DNA from: Chloroflexota bacterium
GTDB taxonomy: Bacteria; Chloroflexota; Dehalococcoidia; Lucifugimonadales; UBA3495
Length of the DNA: 51,617 bases
NCBI GenBank assembly: GCA_027623675.1
Contig: JAQBVF010000026.1
Span: 1 to 51,617, forward strand
Reading direction: 5' to 3'
Shown here one piece after another: positions 1 to 9,159 of this stretch; within the stretch, counting starts at the first letter, position 1, and each line of letters opens with the position of its first letter. A model generated the notes under the pieces. It saw nothing but the letters and a program-made list of their open reading frames with translations. It had not been told where the DNA came from and ran no database searches. The position numbers were made by a program, and so were the translations under genes.

Positions 1-149
1 CGGGAATACCCGAGAGCAGACGAAGCCGCTTTAGGCGGCTAGAGCGAATTCACGTTCGCCAGTTGTTTTTGCTACCGGATTTACGAGGGAGATAGCATCC
101 TCGGCTTGCAATCCGCTACGGAACGCCCCTGTCGAACCCGCGCGTCCCC
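1..149 (-). ncRNA. ssrA: tmRNA, 5' portion (3' end lies outside the window); tag GEREFALAA* at 31..60
   Basis: Minus strand begins GGGGACGCGCGGGTTCGACAGGG (tmRNA-type 5' end with TTCGAC), followed by AAAAACAACT-GGC GAA CGT GAA TTC GCT CTA GCC GCC TAA, a typical resume context and ALAA* tag. Confidence 0.93.
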
Positions 150-161
150 TTGCTACATACT

Positions 162-191
162 ATTGTCCCACAGGCGTCTCCAAGCGGTCAA
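162..191 (-). promoter_or_regulatory. sigma70-type promoter for ssrA
   Basis: TTGACC-N18-GACAAT with TG extension, about 12 nt upstream of the mature tmRNA 5' end. Confidence 0.6.
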
Positions 192-643
192 CGAGCCCCT
201 GTCGGCGGCGGCTCTGCTGAGAAAAGAGCCCTGGGATCGGCGGATGCCGTGAGCTGGACGGTGGACGCTGGCATCCTCCTCGTTACGGCGGCGTGGTCAC
301 TAAGCGTTTGAGGTGGCGGGGTCATATTGCCTTAAGCGTCGCCGGGCGTAATCGTGGGCGACTATGCTTCCGGTAATCGGGGCTGGTCGATTCCAGCTGG
401 ACCGGAACGGGGTCCTGCGCCGGTATGCGGCTTGCCAGCGCTCCCGCCGAGGCGAGGTGTCATGATATATGCCCCAAAGTAGTGGCGGCGCTCTTGAACG
501 ACGCCCAGAAAGCCGTAATCAAGGCGGGACCATGACGAACCGCCCTCGCGGTGACTCGGCCCGGTTGCCTCGCCGGATGGCACTTCAATAAGTTTCTTCC
601 ACCAGAAGATATATGGCCGGCGGCGGGTCGAGCGGGAGGGACG

Positions 644-832
644 ATGCAGCGGATCCTTAGGAGAGGCGACCGGGTCAAGGTCCGGGGAGGACGGCATGAC
701 GCCGCCGTGGGAACCGTGGACAGCGCGGTTTTCCAGCGTACCGACGATCACCCCAATGAATTTCACCACGCCTACCATGTGATATTGGACTGCGGCCGGG
801 TGGTGACTGTGCGCAAAGACCAAGTTGATTAG
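644..832 (+). CDS. small hypothetical protein, KOW/SH3-like beta fold
   Basis: GGAGG RBS before ATG 644; LRRGDRVKVRGG...VGTV KOW-like pattern. Confidence 0.55.
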   Translation: MQRILRRGDRVKVRGGRHDAAVGTVDSAVFQRTDDHPNEFHHAYHVILDCGRVVTVRKDQVD

Positions 833-1194
833 TGGGCAAGCATCCGGCTTCTTGGCCAACCGCCCCAAGACGCCGCGGCGAGTCCCGCATCCATGACCAG
901 CGTCACTCATATGCAGTCGTTTCGATTCGGAATAATCACTTCGACCTTTGCTGCCAACAGACCCATAGCTGAAGCTTGCAGCGGTCATCCATGCCAGAAG
1001 CGGCTCCCAACTCCCTATATAGTTCCTGACCCCGATCTGCGGAGTCCCGGTCCTCTTGGGTTGCCACCGAGAGAAGGCGCCGTGAATCGGCGGCTTCTTG
1101 GCATATCCCGAAACCGCGCCCCTCCGCCTGTTACCATGGATACATACGGCGATAGACCCCGCTTCGCGCTGACCCATGATCTTGGAGAAGCACC

Positions 1195-1866
1195 TTGACC
1201 CTGGTTGAACCGGCTAGTTCCCTGACTGATTTCGCGCTTGGCATTCTGGCGATCTTCGCCGCCACCAGACTCCATGTAAAACCCTCCAACGACTCCCATT
1301 GGCGTTGGTTCTTTATCTGGATCGGCATTGCCGCTCTGTGGGGCGGGGTCCACCACGGGTTCATCGCCGCCAATGAATCTGCCGCGGCCATCAGCTGGTC
1401 GATGATCAGTCTGCTCGTCGCGGTGGCGATATCCTACCTACTGGCGGCTTCCGCCAATGCGGTGATTGGGAAAAAGCGGGGACGGCCCCTTTTTGTCTTT
1501 CGGGCCATCAGCTTGGTGGCATTCTTCTCCCTGGCCGTCTCGGGAAACGCCACCGTCACCACTTTGATGCTCACCGAGGGCTTGGCCATGGTCATTGTCG
1601 TCGGTCTCTGGATCCACGCATGGCAGTCCGGACAACCTGGCGGCAGCCTGGTGTTGGGCGCAATCGCGGTTAGCGTGCTAGCGGCAGCGTTGAAAGCGTC
1701 CGGCGCCCAATTCACCTTTAGCGGCTGGGAATTCGACCCCAACTCTATCTACCACGTTGCCCAGATGCCCGGTCTATGTCTCTTGCTGATGGCGGTCCAA
1801 CGCCGGTCAGCGGCCATGGCGGCTGGACCGGTCCTGAGCGGCGATGGCGTGGCGTTGCCCGTCTAA
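1195..1866 (+). CDS. multi-pass membrane protein (DUF6962-like)
   Basis: About 7 hydrophobic segments; EP..SLTD, GG.HHG and N..YH motifs; GGAG RBS before TTG. Confidence 0.75.
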   Translation: MTLVEPASSLTDFALGILAIFAATRLHVKPSNDSHWRWFFIWIGIAALWGGVHHGFIAANESAAAISWSMISLLVAVAISYLLAASANAVIGKKRGRPLFVFRAISLVAFFSLAVSGNATVTTLMLTEGLAMVIVVGLWIHAWQSGQPGGSLVLGAIAVSVLAAALKASGAQFTFSGWEFDPNSIYHVAQMPGLCLLLMAVQRRSAAMAAGPVLSGDGVALPV

Positions 1867-1999
1867 CTGGGCTATCATTGGTTCGGCAACCGGCCATGCG
1901 TGGACCAACGGAACGATCTCTTTTCGCGCACCCTCGGCATAGTACCGCTAGGCCTCTAGGCCGCGTTGCCCATTCCCATGACCTAGCAGGAGCGACGAC

Positions 2000-2767
2000 G
2001 TGACCGACTGGAACCCCGCCCAATACTTGCGTTACGGCAGCGAACGCCTTCGGCCCGCCCTGGACCTGATGTCGCGCATCCAGATCGACTCACCCACCGT
2101 CGTGTACGACCTGGGGTGCGGCACTGGAACCATCACCGGAATATTGAAGGAGCGTTGGCCCGAAGCCCAGGTCACCGGGGTAGACTCGTCGGCCAGCATG
2201 CTGCAACGCACCAGAGACGTGGAGACGGGTGTTTACTGGCAGCACGCCGACCTGAACGACTGGCAGCCGGAGAGCCCGGCGGACGTGGTCTATTCCAACG
2301 CGGCGCTGCACTGGCTCGACGGCCATGCCCAACTGTTTCCCCGCCTGATGAACGCCGTAAAACCCGGCGGGGCGCTGGCGGTGCAGATGCCGGAAAACTT
2401 CAGCGCGCCCAGTCACACCTCCATCGCCGAGACGGTCCGGGAGGGGCCATGGCGGGAGCGCTTGGCGCCATTTCAGCGGGAGCAGCCGGTGGCCGATCCC
2501 TCCTTCTACTACGACCTGCTTAGTCAACTGTCCCGTTCGATAGACATGTGGGAGACCACTTACATGCACATCCTGGAGGGACCGGACCCGGTCGTCGAGT
2601 GGACCAAGGGCACCATGCTGCGACCACTGCTGGATAACCTGACCGAAGAAGAGGGCGCGGCCTTTCTCCAAAGCTATACCGAAAAGGTGGCCAAAGCCTA
2701 CCCCCACAGCGCCGATGGCAAAACCGTGCTGCCATTCAAGCGGCTCTTTATCGTCGCGGTGAAGTAA
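2000..2767 (+). CDS. tam: trans-aconitate 2-methyltransferase-like SAM methyltransferase
   Basis: WNPAQYLRY..ERLRPALDL, DLGCGTG, SNAALHW, AVQMP, LPFKRLFIVA. Confidence 0.88.
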   Translation: MTDWNPAQYLRYGSERLRPALDLMSRIQIDSPTVVYDLGCGTGTITGILKERWPEAQVTGVDSSASMLQRTRDVETGVYWQHADLNDWQPESPADVVYSNAALHWLDGHAQLFPRLMNAVKPGGALAVQMPENFSAPSHTSIAETVREGPWRERLAPFQREQPVADPSFYYDLLSQLSRSIDMWETTYMHILEGPDPVVEWTKGTMLRPLLDNLTEEEGAAFLQSYTEKVAKAYPHSADGKTVLPFKRLFIVAVK

Positions 2768-2786
2768 CTAGTTAACCGTTCGGCGC

Positions 2787-2827
2787 AAAAAGGCCCCGTC
2801 CCTTCGCCGAAGAGACGGGGCCTTTTT
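2787..2827. terminator. bidirectional intrinsic terminator
   Basis: AAAAAGGCCCCGTC...GACGGGGCCTTTTT stem with A/T tracts on both sides, directly after the tam stop. Confidence 0.85.
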
Positions 2828-2845
2828 GTATTCAGTAACTAGAGT

Positions 2846-2957
2846 TTTCGTTGGGCAAAAAAATTCGCCTCAACCTTTGTTGTTGAAGCGCTTAAGCTAT
2901 TTTACCATACAGGATCTTAGTCTGTCAACTATTTACGCCTAGATCCATGAAATAGCC
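2846..2957 (-). repeat. about 110-bp direct repeat, copy 1 (promoter plus structured RNA 5' module)
   Basis: Near-identical to 3760..3872; minus strand has TTGACA(2923-2928)-N18-TAAAAT(2899-2904), then hairpin GCTTCAAC-AACAAAG-GTTGAGGC and a U7 tract. Confidence 0.9.
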
Positions 2958-3136
2958 GCACCAATACTATGGATCAAGACTACGGGAATCAGTGCCTTGC
3001 TGTTGCTCGTAGCGCCTCCTATGGTTACATCCTACCCCCGAATCTGAGCGCCTGATCAAAGGAACTTCGCGCACGACCCCACTGCTCAACGCGCATCGCT
3101 GAATGCGCTAAGAAGTGGATACAAACCAGATAGAAG

Positions 3137-3628
3137 CTATTTGTGGCTCCAGGTAAGTATCGAATACACCAGATCTCCAGTTTCGTCATCCAAAATCACT
3201 GTGTATCTCGGTTCTTCAAACTGGCCCACAGTCCTCTCTGGTCCCCGAGTTGCCGCCGGATAGTCATCAAAAACAACGATCCTGACCGGGAGATCTTCAA
3301 CCATATCAAATGGGGCGATTTCACGATTGCCACTAAACTGCGCTACGGTTACCTTCACCGGCAACCTTTCGGCGTCCTGTAAAAACATACCCGTTCGAAC
3401 GATCTCTTGGGCATTAGCTATAGAATCGGTCTTAAATAGGTTTGGCGCGAAACTCGCGAAATTAATCTCCACTTCTGGCGGGACTCTCGCACCGATATAT
3501 TGGGTACTCAATACGTCCAGGGTTTGTGCTTGGGGATTTCCTGCGGCCAAGCCCATTCCCAAGAAAATAGCACCGATCGTGGCCGCGACAAACACAATTA
3601 AAAGTGTCGTTAATTTCTTCTTCATCAT
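3137..3628 (-). CDS. hypothetical exported protein
   Basis: MMKKK plus hydrophobic signal/anchor; GGAG RBS; visibly more AT-rich than the flanking genes. Confidence 0.75.
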   Translation of the reverse strand: MMKKKLTTLLIVFVAATIGAIFLGMGLAAGNPQAQTLDVLSTQYIGARVPPEVEINFASFAPNLFKTDSIANAQEIVRTGMFLQDAERLPVKVTVAQFSGNREIAPFDMVEDLPVRIVVFDDYPAATRGPERTVGQFEEPRYTVILDDETGDLVYSILTWSHK

Positions 3629-3703
3629 CGTTTACTCCGTATTTAGTCGCTGCATCCATGTATCCCAGAGGCGATACTTGATGCCGGTCACCGTATATGT
3701 GGC

Positions 3704-3738
3704 AAAAAAAGAGGCCCCCTTCTGTAAAAGGGGGCCTT
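3704..3738 (-). terminator. intrinsic terminator between repeat copy 2 and the 3137..3628 gene
   Basis: Minus strand AGGCCCCCTT-TTACAG-AAGGGGGCCT-CTTTTTTT. Confidence 0.85.
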
Positions 3739-3759
3739 CTGGGTTTCTGGAGGGGGAAT

Positions 3760-3872
3760 TTGCGTCGGGCAAAAAAAATTCGCCCCAACCTTTGTTGTTG
3801 AAGCGCTTAAGCTATCTTAGCATACACAGGAGTAAGTTGTCAACTAATTACGTCTAGATCCATGAAATAGCC
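3760..3872 (-). repeat. about 110-bp direct repeat, copy 2 (promoter plus structured RNA 5' module)
   Basis: TTGACA(3838-3843)-N18-TAAGAT(3814-3819), then GCTTCAAC-AACAAAG-GTTGGGGC and U8. Confidence 0.9.
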
Positions 3873-3998
3873 CGATTATCCGCCAACCGCCGCCGGTGGT
3901 ATGGGCGGGGTTTGCACGCTCATGTAGAATAAGCCTGCCTTACTTGAAGCTCGCCTTAGAGCCCGTGAGAGACCACACCTTCCTACTGGAGGACCCTA

Positions 3999-4487
3999 AT
4001 GCCGGACCTAACCTCTCTGGCCGCACCGGCCGCGGCGCTGCTAAAAGAACGTGGCCAAAGCATCGCGGTGGCCGAATCGTCCTGCGGCGGCCTGATCTCC
4101 GCCGCGCTGGTGTCCATCCCCGGAGCATCGGACTATTACGTGGGCGGAAGCACTATCTACACCAGGGTGGCTCAGAAAGGCCTACTGCTGGTCCCCGACG
4201 AGACCATGGTTGGCATGCGGGCCAGCAGCGAGCCCTACGCCCAGCTGAACGCCAGGACGATTCGAGAGGCCCTGGGCACCGTTTGGGGATTGGCCGAGAC
4301 CGGCGCCAGCGGTCCCACCGGCAACCGCTACGGTGATTCCTCCGGCCACGCCTGCTTCGCCGTTTCGGGTCCGGTTGAGAGGTCCATCACGCTGGAGACC
4401 GGCGACACCGACCGCGAGAAGAACATGTGGGTTTTCGCCAAGGCTGCCTTGGACCTGTTGATCGAATGCGTCAACGAGTCCAAGTAG
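3999..4487 (+). CDS. CinA C-terminal/PncC-like protein
   Basis: IAVAESSCGGLIS, PGASDYY.G, ETGASGP; GGAGG RBS. Confidence 0.85.
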   Translation: MPDLTSLAAPAAALLKERGQSIAVAESSCGGLISAALVSIPGASDYYVGGSTIYTRVAQKGLLLVPDETMVGMRASSEPYAQLNARTIREALGTVWGLAETGASGPTGNRYGDSSGHACFAVSGPVERSITLETGDTDREKNMWVFAKAALDLLIECVNESK

Positions 4488-4518
4488 TGGGGGCCCGCCA
4501 GGATTCGGAGCAGTCCCA

Positions 4519-4986
4519 ATGAGCGTAGTCGAATCAAAGTTGGTCGAACTGGGCTACACCCTGCCTCCGCCGCCTGAGCCCATCGGCAATTATCTGTCGA
4601 CCAGCCGCAGCGGAAACATCATGTGGATGTCTGGGGTTGGTTCCCGGCGCGGTGATGGGTCGCGAATCAGCGGCAAGTTGGGCGCCGACCTCACGGTAGA
4701 GGAGGGTTACGAAGGGGCGCGTTGGTGCGCCCTGAACCTGTTGGCCCGGATGAAGGCGGAATTGGGGGACCTGGACCGCGTGGCCCAGATACTCAAGGTG
4801 GTGGGGATGGTCAACAGCTCTCCGGACTTCGAAGAGCAGGCCAAAGTGGTGGATGGAGCGTCGGACCTGTTCGTGGAGTTATTCGGTGAAGCCGGGCGTC
4901 ATAGCCGGTCGGCTCCGGGGATGGCCGTGCTTCCCCGAAACACAGCGGTAATCGTGGACTGCGTGATCGAGGTCAAAGCCGACTAG
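4519..4986 (+). CDS. RidA/YjgF family protein
   Basis: LP.PP.P.GNY, GKLGADLT.EEG, DGASDL, GRHSRSA (catalytic Arg). Confidence 0.9.
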   Translation: MSVVESKLVELGYTLPPPPEPIGNYLSTSRSGNIMWMSGVGSRRGDGSRISGKLGADLTVEEGYEGARWCALNLLARMKAELGDLDRVAQILKVVGMVNSSPDFEEQAKVVDGASDLFVELFGEAGRHSRSAPGMAVLPRNTAVIVDCVIEVKAD

Positions 4987-5060
4987 CAGCCGGGTATCTG
5001 GCCGGTCCGTTGCCCGGACCGGCGGAACAATTCCCCGATAAAACGAGCGTCGATAAAAGC

Positions 5061-5092
5061 ACACGTCCTTCCTCAGTAGAGGAAGGACGTGT
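5061..5092. terminator. stem-loop between convergent genes
   Basis: ACACGTCCTTCCTC-AGTA-GAGGAAGGACGTGT perfect 14-bp stem. Confidence 0.7.
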
Positions 5093-5144
5093 ATTTATTG
5101 CGGGCCTATTTAAGTCTGAGACCTACGTCCCAGAAGTTGTTAGC

Positions 5145-5474
5145 CTAGTAGCGTCCGCCGCCGCCAGTTCCGCCGCCCTGCCGGCTGAAGCAATCGCTGC
5201 AGTACACCGGGCGGTCTCCGCGAGGGCGGAAAGGAACCGTAGCTTCGTTGCCGCATTCCGCGCAGATCACGGTGTGCATCTCACGGGGACCCCGGTCGAA
5301 GCCGAAGCCGCCGCCGTCGGACGAGCGGTTCGCGCGCCTCGATTGTCGGCAAGAGGGGCATCGCTTGGGTTCATTGGTGTAACCCTTCTCGGCGTGGTAC
5401 GACTGGTCGTCGGCCGAGAATATGAACGATTGTCCACACTCCACGCATGTTAGGTTCCTGTCTTGGTAGCTCAT
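5145..5474 (-). CDS. double zinc-ribbon protein (CxxC-x17-CxxC domain)
   Basis: YQDRNLTCVECG..F.FS..DQ.Y...KGYTNEPKRCPSCR and CAECG...VPFRP.GDRPVYCSDCF; Gly-rich tail. Confidence 0.92.
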   Translation of the reverse strand: MSYQDRNLTCVECGQSFIFSADDQSYHAEKGYTNEPKRCPSCRQSRRANRSSDGGGFGFDRGPREMHTVICAECGNEATVPFRPRGDRPVYCSDCFSRQGGGTGGGGRY

Positions 5475-5739
5475 AGATGACTTTCCTGTTCGAATAGAGT
5501 TGGCTGAAGTCTGGTCAGAGAGACAAAAAGGCGCGGAACGTATGCGGAGGACCCTGTGGGACAAAATGCCCGTGGATTCCCGTAGACCGATCTAGTATGC
5601 CTAAAGTTAGACACAGAATACTGCCACCGAGACGGAGTATAACATATATCACGCAAGTGGGTAGAGCCTAATGTCGCGGATCATTCAAGGCATCGCAGGC
5701 TCGGATTTCCGCCTTTTTCTTATTTCTGCCCGCTAGCAG

Positions 5740-6657
5740 TTAGCCGGTGGCGCCTACTATCACCAGTATGACCCCGAGAACACTGAGCAGGGTCCCGGCA
5801 GCCAATAGCCAATCAATCGTCTCCAGACGCCTCAGAAAAACGTGGGCCAAGACCAACGTGATCAACGGGGTGCAGGCGTAGATGGGGCTAACCACGGTCA
5901 CCGGCGCCCGGCTCAACGCCTGGAACAACGAGGCCACCGCCATGCCCTGAAAAAGTCCGGCCAAACAGCAGAGCAATAGATACCTACCGGGCAGGGTCTG
6001 GAAGCTGCGAAACGCCTGCCGGTGCAGGACCACGGTTAGGATGGCTCCGCCCACGGCCAGGGCAAGCCCCGACGCGACCAACGGCCCGCCGATATCGGAT
6101 ACCACGTGGCGGCTGATGACGTCGCGGCTGGCGAATGTGGCCGCCGCGCCCAACGCCAAGAGATACCCCAATCGCCGGACCTGCGCCACCGGCAGCCCCG
6201 AGTTTGCGCCCCGGCGGGGCATCACCACCAGAAAGAGTCCAGCGACGATCACCGGCGTGCCGATGGTGACCAGCAGGTTGGGCCGTTCGCCCAGCAGCAA
6301 CACGCCCAGCGTGAAGGCGATCACCGGCTGGATGCCCCCCATGGGGACCGCCCTGGTTGCGCCGATCATGGAGATGGCGGTGACGTGCAGCAAACGGGCC
6401 ATGGGATAACCCATGATTCCCAAAACCAGTATCCACCCCATCGCGGTGGCGGAGAGAGAGGTAATCTCATTCAGGTTGAGGACCAGGGCCAGACCGGCCA
6501 CCAGCATCATGCCACTGAGCACCGTGAGCAGCGCGGCCGTGGGGGCCGGCACGTATTGGGTGCCCACTCTGACCAGGACGTTGCCGCCGGCGAATCCGCT
6601 GGCCGCCAGGAACGCAAAGGCAACTGCTAACGCCAAGGCCCCTCCAGCTTTTCCCAT
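5740..6657 (-). CDS. DMT/EamA family transporter
   Basis: About 10 TM helices in two repeats; LLGERP, A.VTVVSPI....P motifs. Confidence 0.85.
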   Translation of the reverse strand: MGKAGGALALAVAFAFLAASGFAGGNVLVRVGTQYVPAPTAALLTVLSGMMLVAGLALVLNLNEITSLSATAMGWILVLGIMGYPMARLLHVTAISMIGATRAVPMGGIQPVIAFTLGVLLLGERPNLLVTIGTPVIVAGLFLVVMPRRGANSGLPVAQVRRLGYLLALGAAATFASRDVISRHVVSDIGGPLVASGLALAVGGAILTVVLHRQAFRSFQTLPGRYLLLCCLAGLFQGMAVASLFQALSRAPVTVVSPIYACTPLITLVLAHVFLRRLETIDWLLAAGTLLSVLGVILVIVGATG

Positions 6658-6892
6658 TCGGACATTGGTAGTCCCGGCCCAGGGGTGCGAGACCCGTGGG
6701 TTGCCCGGTGGGCGCCTCCACTGGCGCCTGGCACGTTGTTACCCGGCACGCCACCGCCACCTTGCGGCGCGATCCCTTCCATATCAAGACGTCATCAAGA
6801 CGTCAAAGGCCGGGCCAACGACCAGTCAGGGCTGGTTGCCCCACAGCGATAAGTCCCCTGGTGACCCGGCCGGCAATCTAGAGACTGGATTC

Positions 6893-8422
6893 TTACGACA
6901 CCCACTCGGCAACCCGCTCGCCAATCATGATGGCCGTGGCGTTGGCGTTGGCCCTCGGGACTTGGGGCATCACGGAAGAGTCGGCGACCCACAGACCCTG
7001 CACTCCCTTCACCCGGCATTGTTGGTCCACCACCGCCATTGGGTCCGAGTCGGGGCCGATCTTGCAGGTGCCCGACACGTGCCGGGCCGAGCCGACCGTC
7101 TGCCTGATCCACAGGTCCAGGGCGTCGTCATCGTTCAAGATGTCATCGGTCGGCGTCACACGCCTTTCCGATACCTCTTTATAGGCGTCGGTCCCCAGAA
7201 TCTTGACCGCCAGACGGATGCCATCGCGCATGCGCCGCATGTCCTCGGGGTCGCTGAAATACCGGTAATCAAACTCGGGTTGAACGGTGGGGTCAGCCGA
7301 GGCCAACCGCACGAACCCGGCGCCTGCCGGAAGCTCGATGACACACGATATCCGGCCGATGCGGTCGGGCAGCATCTCGCCGGTGAACGGGCTGAACACC
7401 GAACTGGTCGTCATCATCATGTCGTTAACTTCTTTGGAGCCTCGGGCGGTGTAGCGCAGCGCGATGCGGACCCCGGCGGCATCTGGGGTGAGCGTGATGC
7501 CATCTTTCACGGCGAAGGAGATGGCGGATATGGGATGATTGCGCAGGTTGCCGCCAACCCCCGGCGTGTCCTGCAACACCTGGATGCCGTACTGCTCGAG
7601 CTGGTCTTTGGGCCCGATTCCCGAGAGCATCAGGATATGGGGCGACTTCAACGCCCCGGCCGACAGCACGACTTTACCGGCCTCTAATCTGAAAACCTCG
7701 CCGCCGCTCTCCGCTTCCACCCCAGTGACCTGTCCGCCCTCGATCAGGATCTTGCGGACGAACACGTTGCCCCTGATGGTCAGGTTGAGATGATGGCGCA
7801 TGGGACCCAGGTGAGTGATGGCCGTGCTCATCCTAACGCCGTTCTGGTTGTTCATCGGCACCATGCCAACGCCGGTGGGGTTGGGGCCGTTCATGTCATC
7901 GGTGGTGTCGTAGCCGTTCTGGAGACAGGCCGTGTGGAATGCCGACTGAATCACCGGCCAGGTCTCGCCCATCTTGCGGCTGATGGGGAGCGGACCCTCC
8001 GTTCCGTGGAAGTCGTCCCGGATGTCCATATCGGTCTCCGCCTTCCGGTAATAGGGCAGGACCTTGGTGTACGACCACTCGTCATTGCCCCATGAGGCCC
8101 AGTCGTCGAAGTCCTCGGGGATGCCCCGCAGATAGACCTGGCCGTTGATGGAGCCGCCGCCGCCGATCACCTTGCCCTGGGCCACGTGAATCTCGCCCTG
8201 CTCTTCGGTGATGGTCCCCCGGAGCGCCCAGTTGTGCGGGGACCCCTCGGTCTCGGCGGAGCGGGTGTGCCCGTACTGGACGTCGTAGGGCAGGTTGCTC
8301 AGGTCGGGGTAATCCGGTCCCGCCTCAAGGAGTAAGACATTGGTGCTGGCATCTTCGGCCAGCCTGGCGGCAACCACTGAACCAGCGGAGCCTCCGCCGA
8401 CCACGATCACGTCGTATCTCAT
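6893..8422 (-). CDS. GMC family FAD oxidoreductase (choline dehydrogenase/MftG-like)
   Basis: GGGSAG FAD motif, LLLEAG, GKVIGGGGSING, H.SGTCKIG, PRANANAT. Confidence 0.92.
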   Translation of the reverse strand: MRYDVIVVGGGSAGSVVAARLAEDASTNVLLLEAGPDYPDLSNLPYDVQYGHTRSAETEGSPHNWALRGTITEEQGEIHVAQGKVIGGGGSINGQVYLRGIPEDFDDWASWGNDEWSYTKVLPYYRKAETDMDIRDDFHGTEGPLPISRKMGETWPVIQSAFHTACLQNGYDTTDDMNGPNPTGVGMVPMNNQNGVRMSTAITHLGPMRHHLNLTIRGNVFVRKILIEGGQVTGVEAESGGEVFRLEAGKVVLSAGALKSPHILMLSGIGPKDQLEQYGIQVLQDTPGVGGNLRNHPISAISFAVKDGITLTPDAAGVRIALRYTARGSKEVNDMMMTTSSVFSPFTGEMLPDRIGRISCVIELPAGAGFVRLASADPTVQPEFDYRYFSDPEDMRRMRDGIRLAVKILGTDAYKEVSERRVTPTDDILNDDDALDLWIRQTVGSARHVSGTCKIGPDSDPMAVVDQQCRVKGVQGLWVADSSVMPQVPRANANATAIMIGERVAEWVS

Positions 8423-8444
8423 GGTTCCCCTTTGGCTCTAAATA

Positions 8445-8966
8445 TCAGAGAGCGTTTAAGAATTCCTGGGTATTCACCACCGTGCCGAACCGGGGGTAGA
8501 CCTTTTCGGTCAAAACCCGGTGGACCTCGGTGTCGCCGTCGGAACAGGCATCGGAGACCACTATGAACTTGTAATTCACGTCCACCGCCCACCTGGTGCA
8601 GGACAGGACGCAACCGCTGGTCGACACCCCCATGATCACGATGGTGTCACGGCCAAGCTCCCGCAGCGTGACGTCCAGGTTGGTGGTGGAGAAGGGACCG
8701 GGCCTGATCTTGGTTATGACCCTTTCGCCCTCCGCTGGCAGCACGCCTTCATGGAGTTCCACATCGGGGGCATAGTCGGTCAACGCTCCGCCCCGGTGCA
8801 TCACGTAAATGACCGGCAGTCCGGCGCCCCGCGCCCCTTGCAGCACCTGCGACGCCTGCTTGACGACGCCGTCGGGGTCGCTGGCATTGTTGGCGACGAT
8901 GCGCTGCTGAAAGTCCATGATTAACACCGCTGTCTTGTCGCGGTCGATCTTCAGTGGTTGAGTCAT
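8445..8966 (-). CDS. isochorismatase-family cysteine hydrolase
   Basis: TAVLIMDFQ, K.RPGPF, GVSTSGCV (D-K-C triad); GGAG RBS supports start at 8966. Confidence 0.88.
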   Translation of the reverse strand: MTQPLKIDRDKTAVLIMDFQQRIVANNASDPDGVVKQASQVLQGARGAGLPVIYVMHRGGALTDYAPDVELHEGVLPAEGERVITKIRPGPFSTTNLDVTLRELGRDTIVIMGVSTSGCVLSCTRWAVDVNYKFIVVSDACSDGDTEVHRVLTEKVYPRFGTVVNTQEFLNAL

Positions 8967-9159
8967 ATCCATCTCTCCCTGGGTTGAGTTATAGCCCCCA
9001 AGCCGCCGAGACTGGGCCGATATCCGCGCCCGGCAAGGGGGCAGCCGCGGGCTATTATAAGGGCACGGGACGGCGCGCGGGTAGCCTGGACGGAACAACC
9101 CAGCGGCCGAAACAAAACAGAGGCCGGAACAAAACAGGCGCTTCGACCGTCTAGAGGAT

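Noticed and set aside
362..1198. Long ORFs 362..1177(-) and 893..1198(+)
   Set aside because: No recognisable motifs or RBS and Arg/Pro-rich shadow composition; only 644..832 looks real.
2846..3872. CRISPR array, or NAD+-I (nadA) riboswitch given GCUUCAACAAC and the nearby CinA gene
   Set aside because: Only two long repeats about 0.9 kb apart and no cas genes. The 5' word resembles the nadA motif as I recall it, but the downstream helices are absent and the RNA points away from the CinA gene.
6413..7687. Long antisense or alternate-frame ORFs (e.g. 6413..7687+, 11618..12694+, 15594..16673-, 35449..36678-)
   Set aside because: Shadow ORFs expected from high-GC codon bias opposite well-supported genes.
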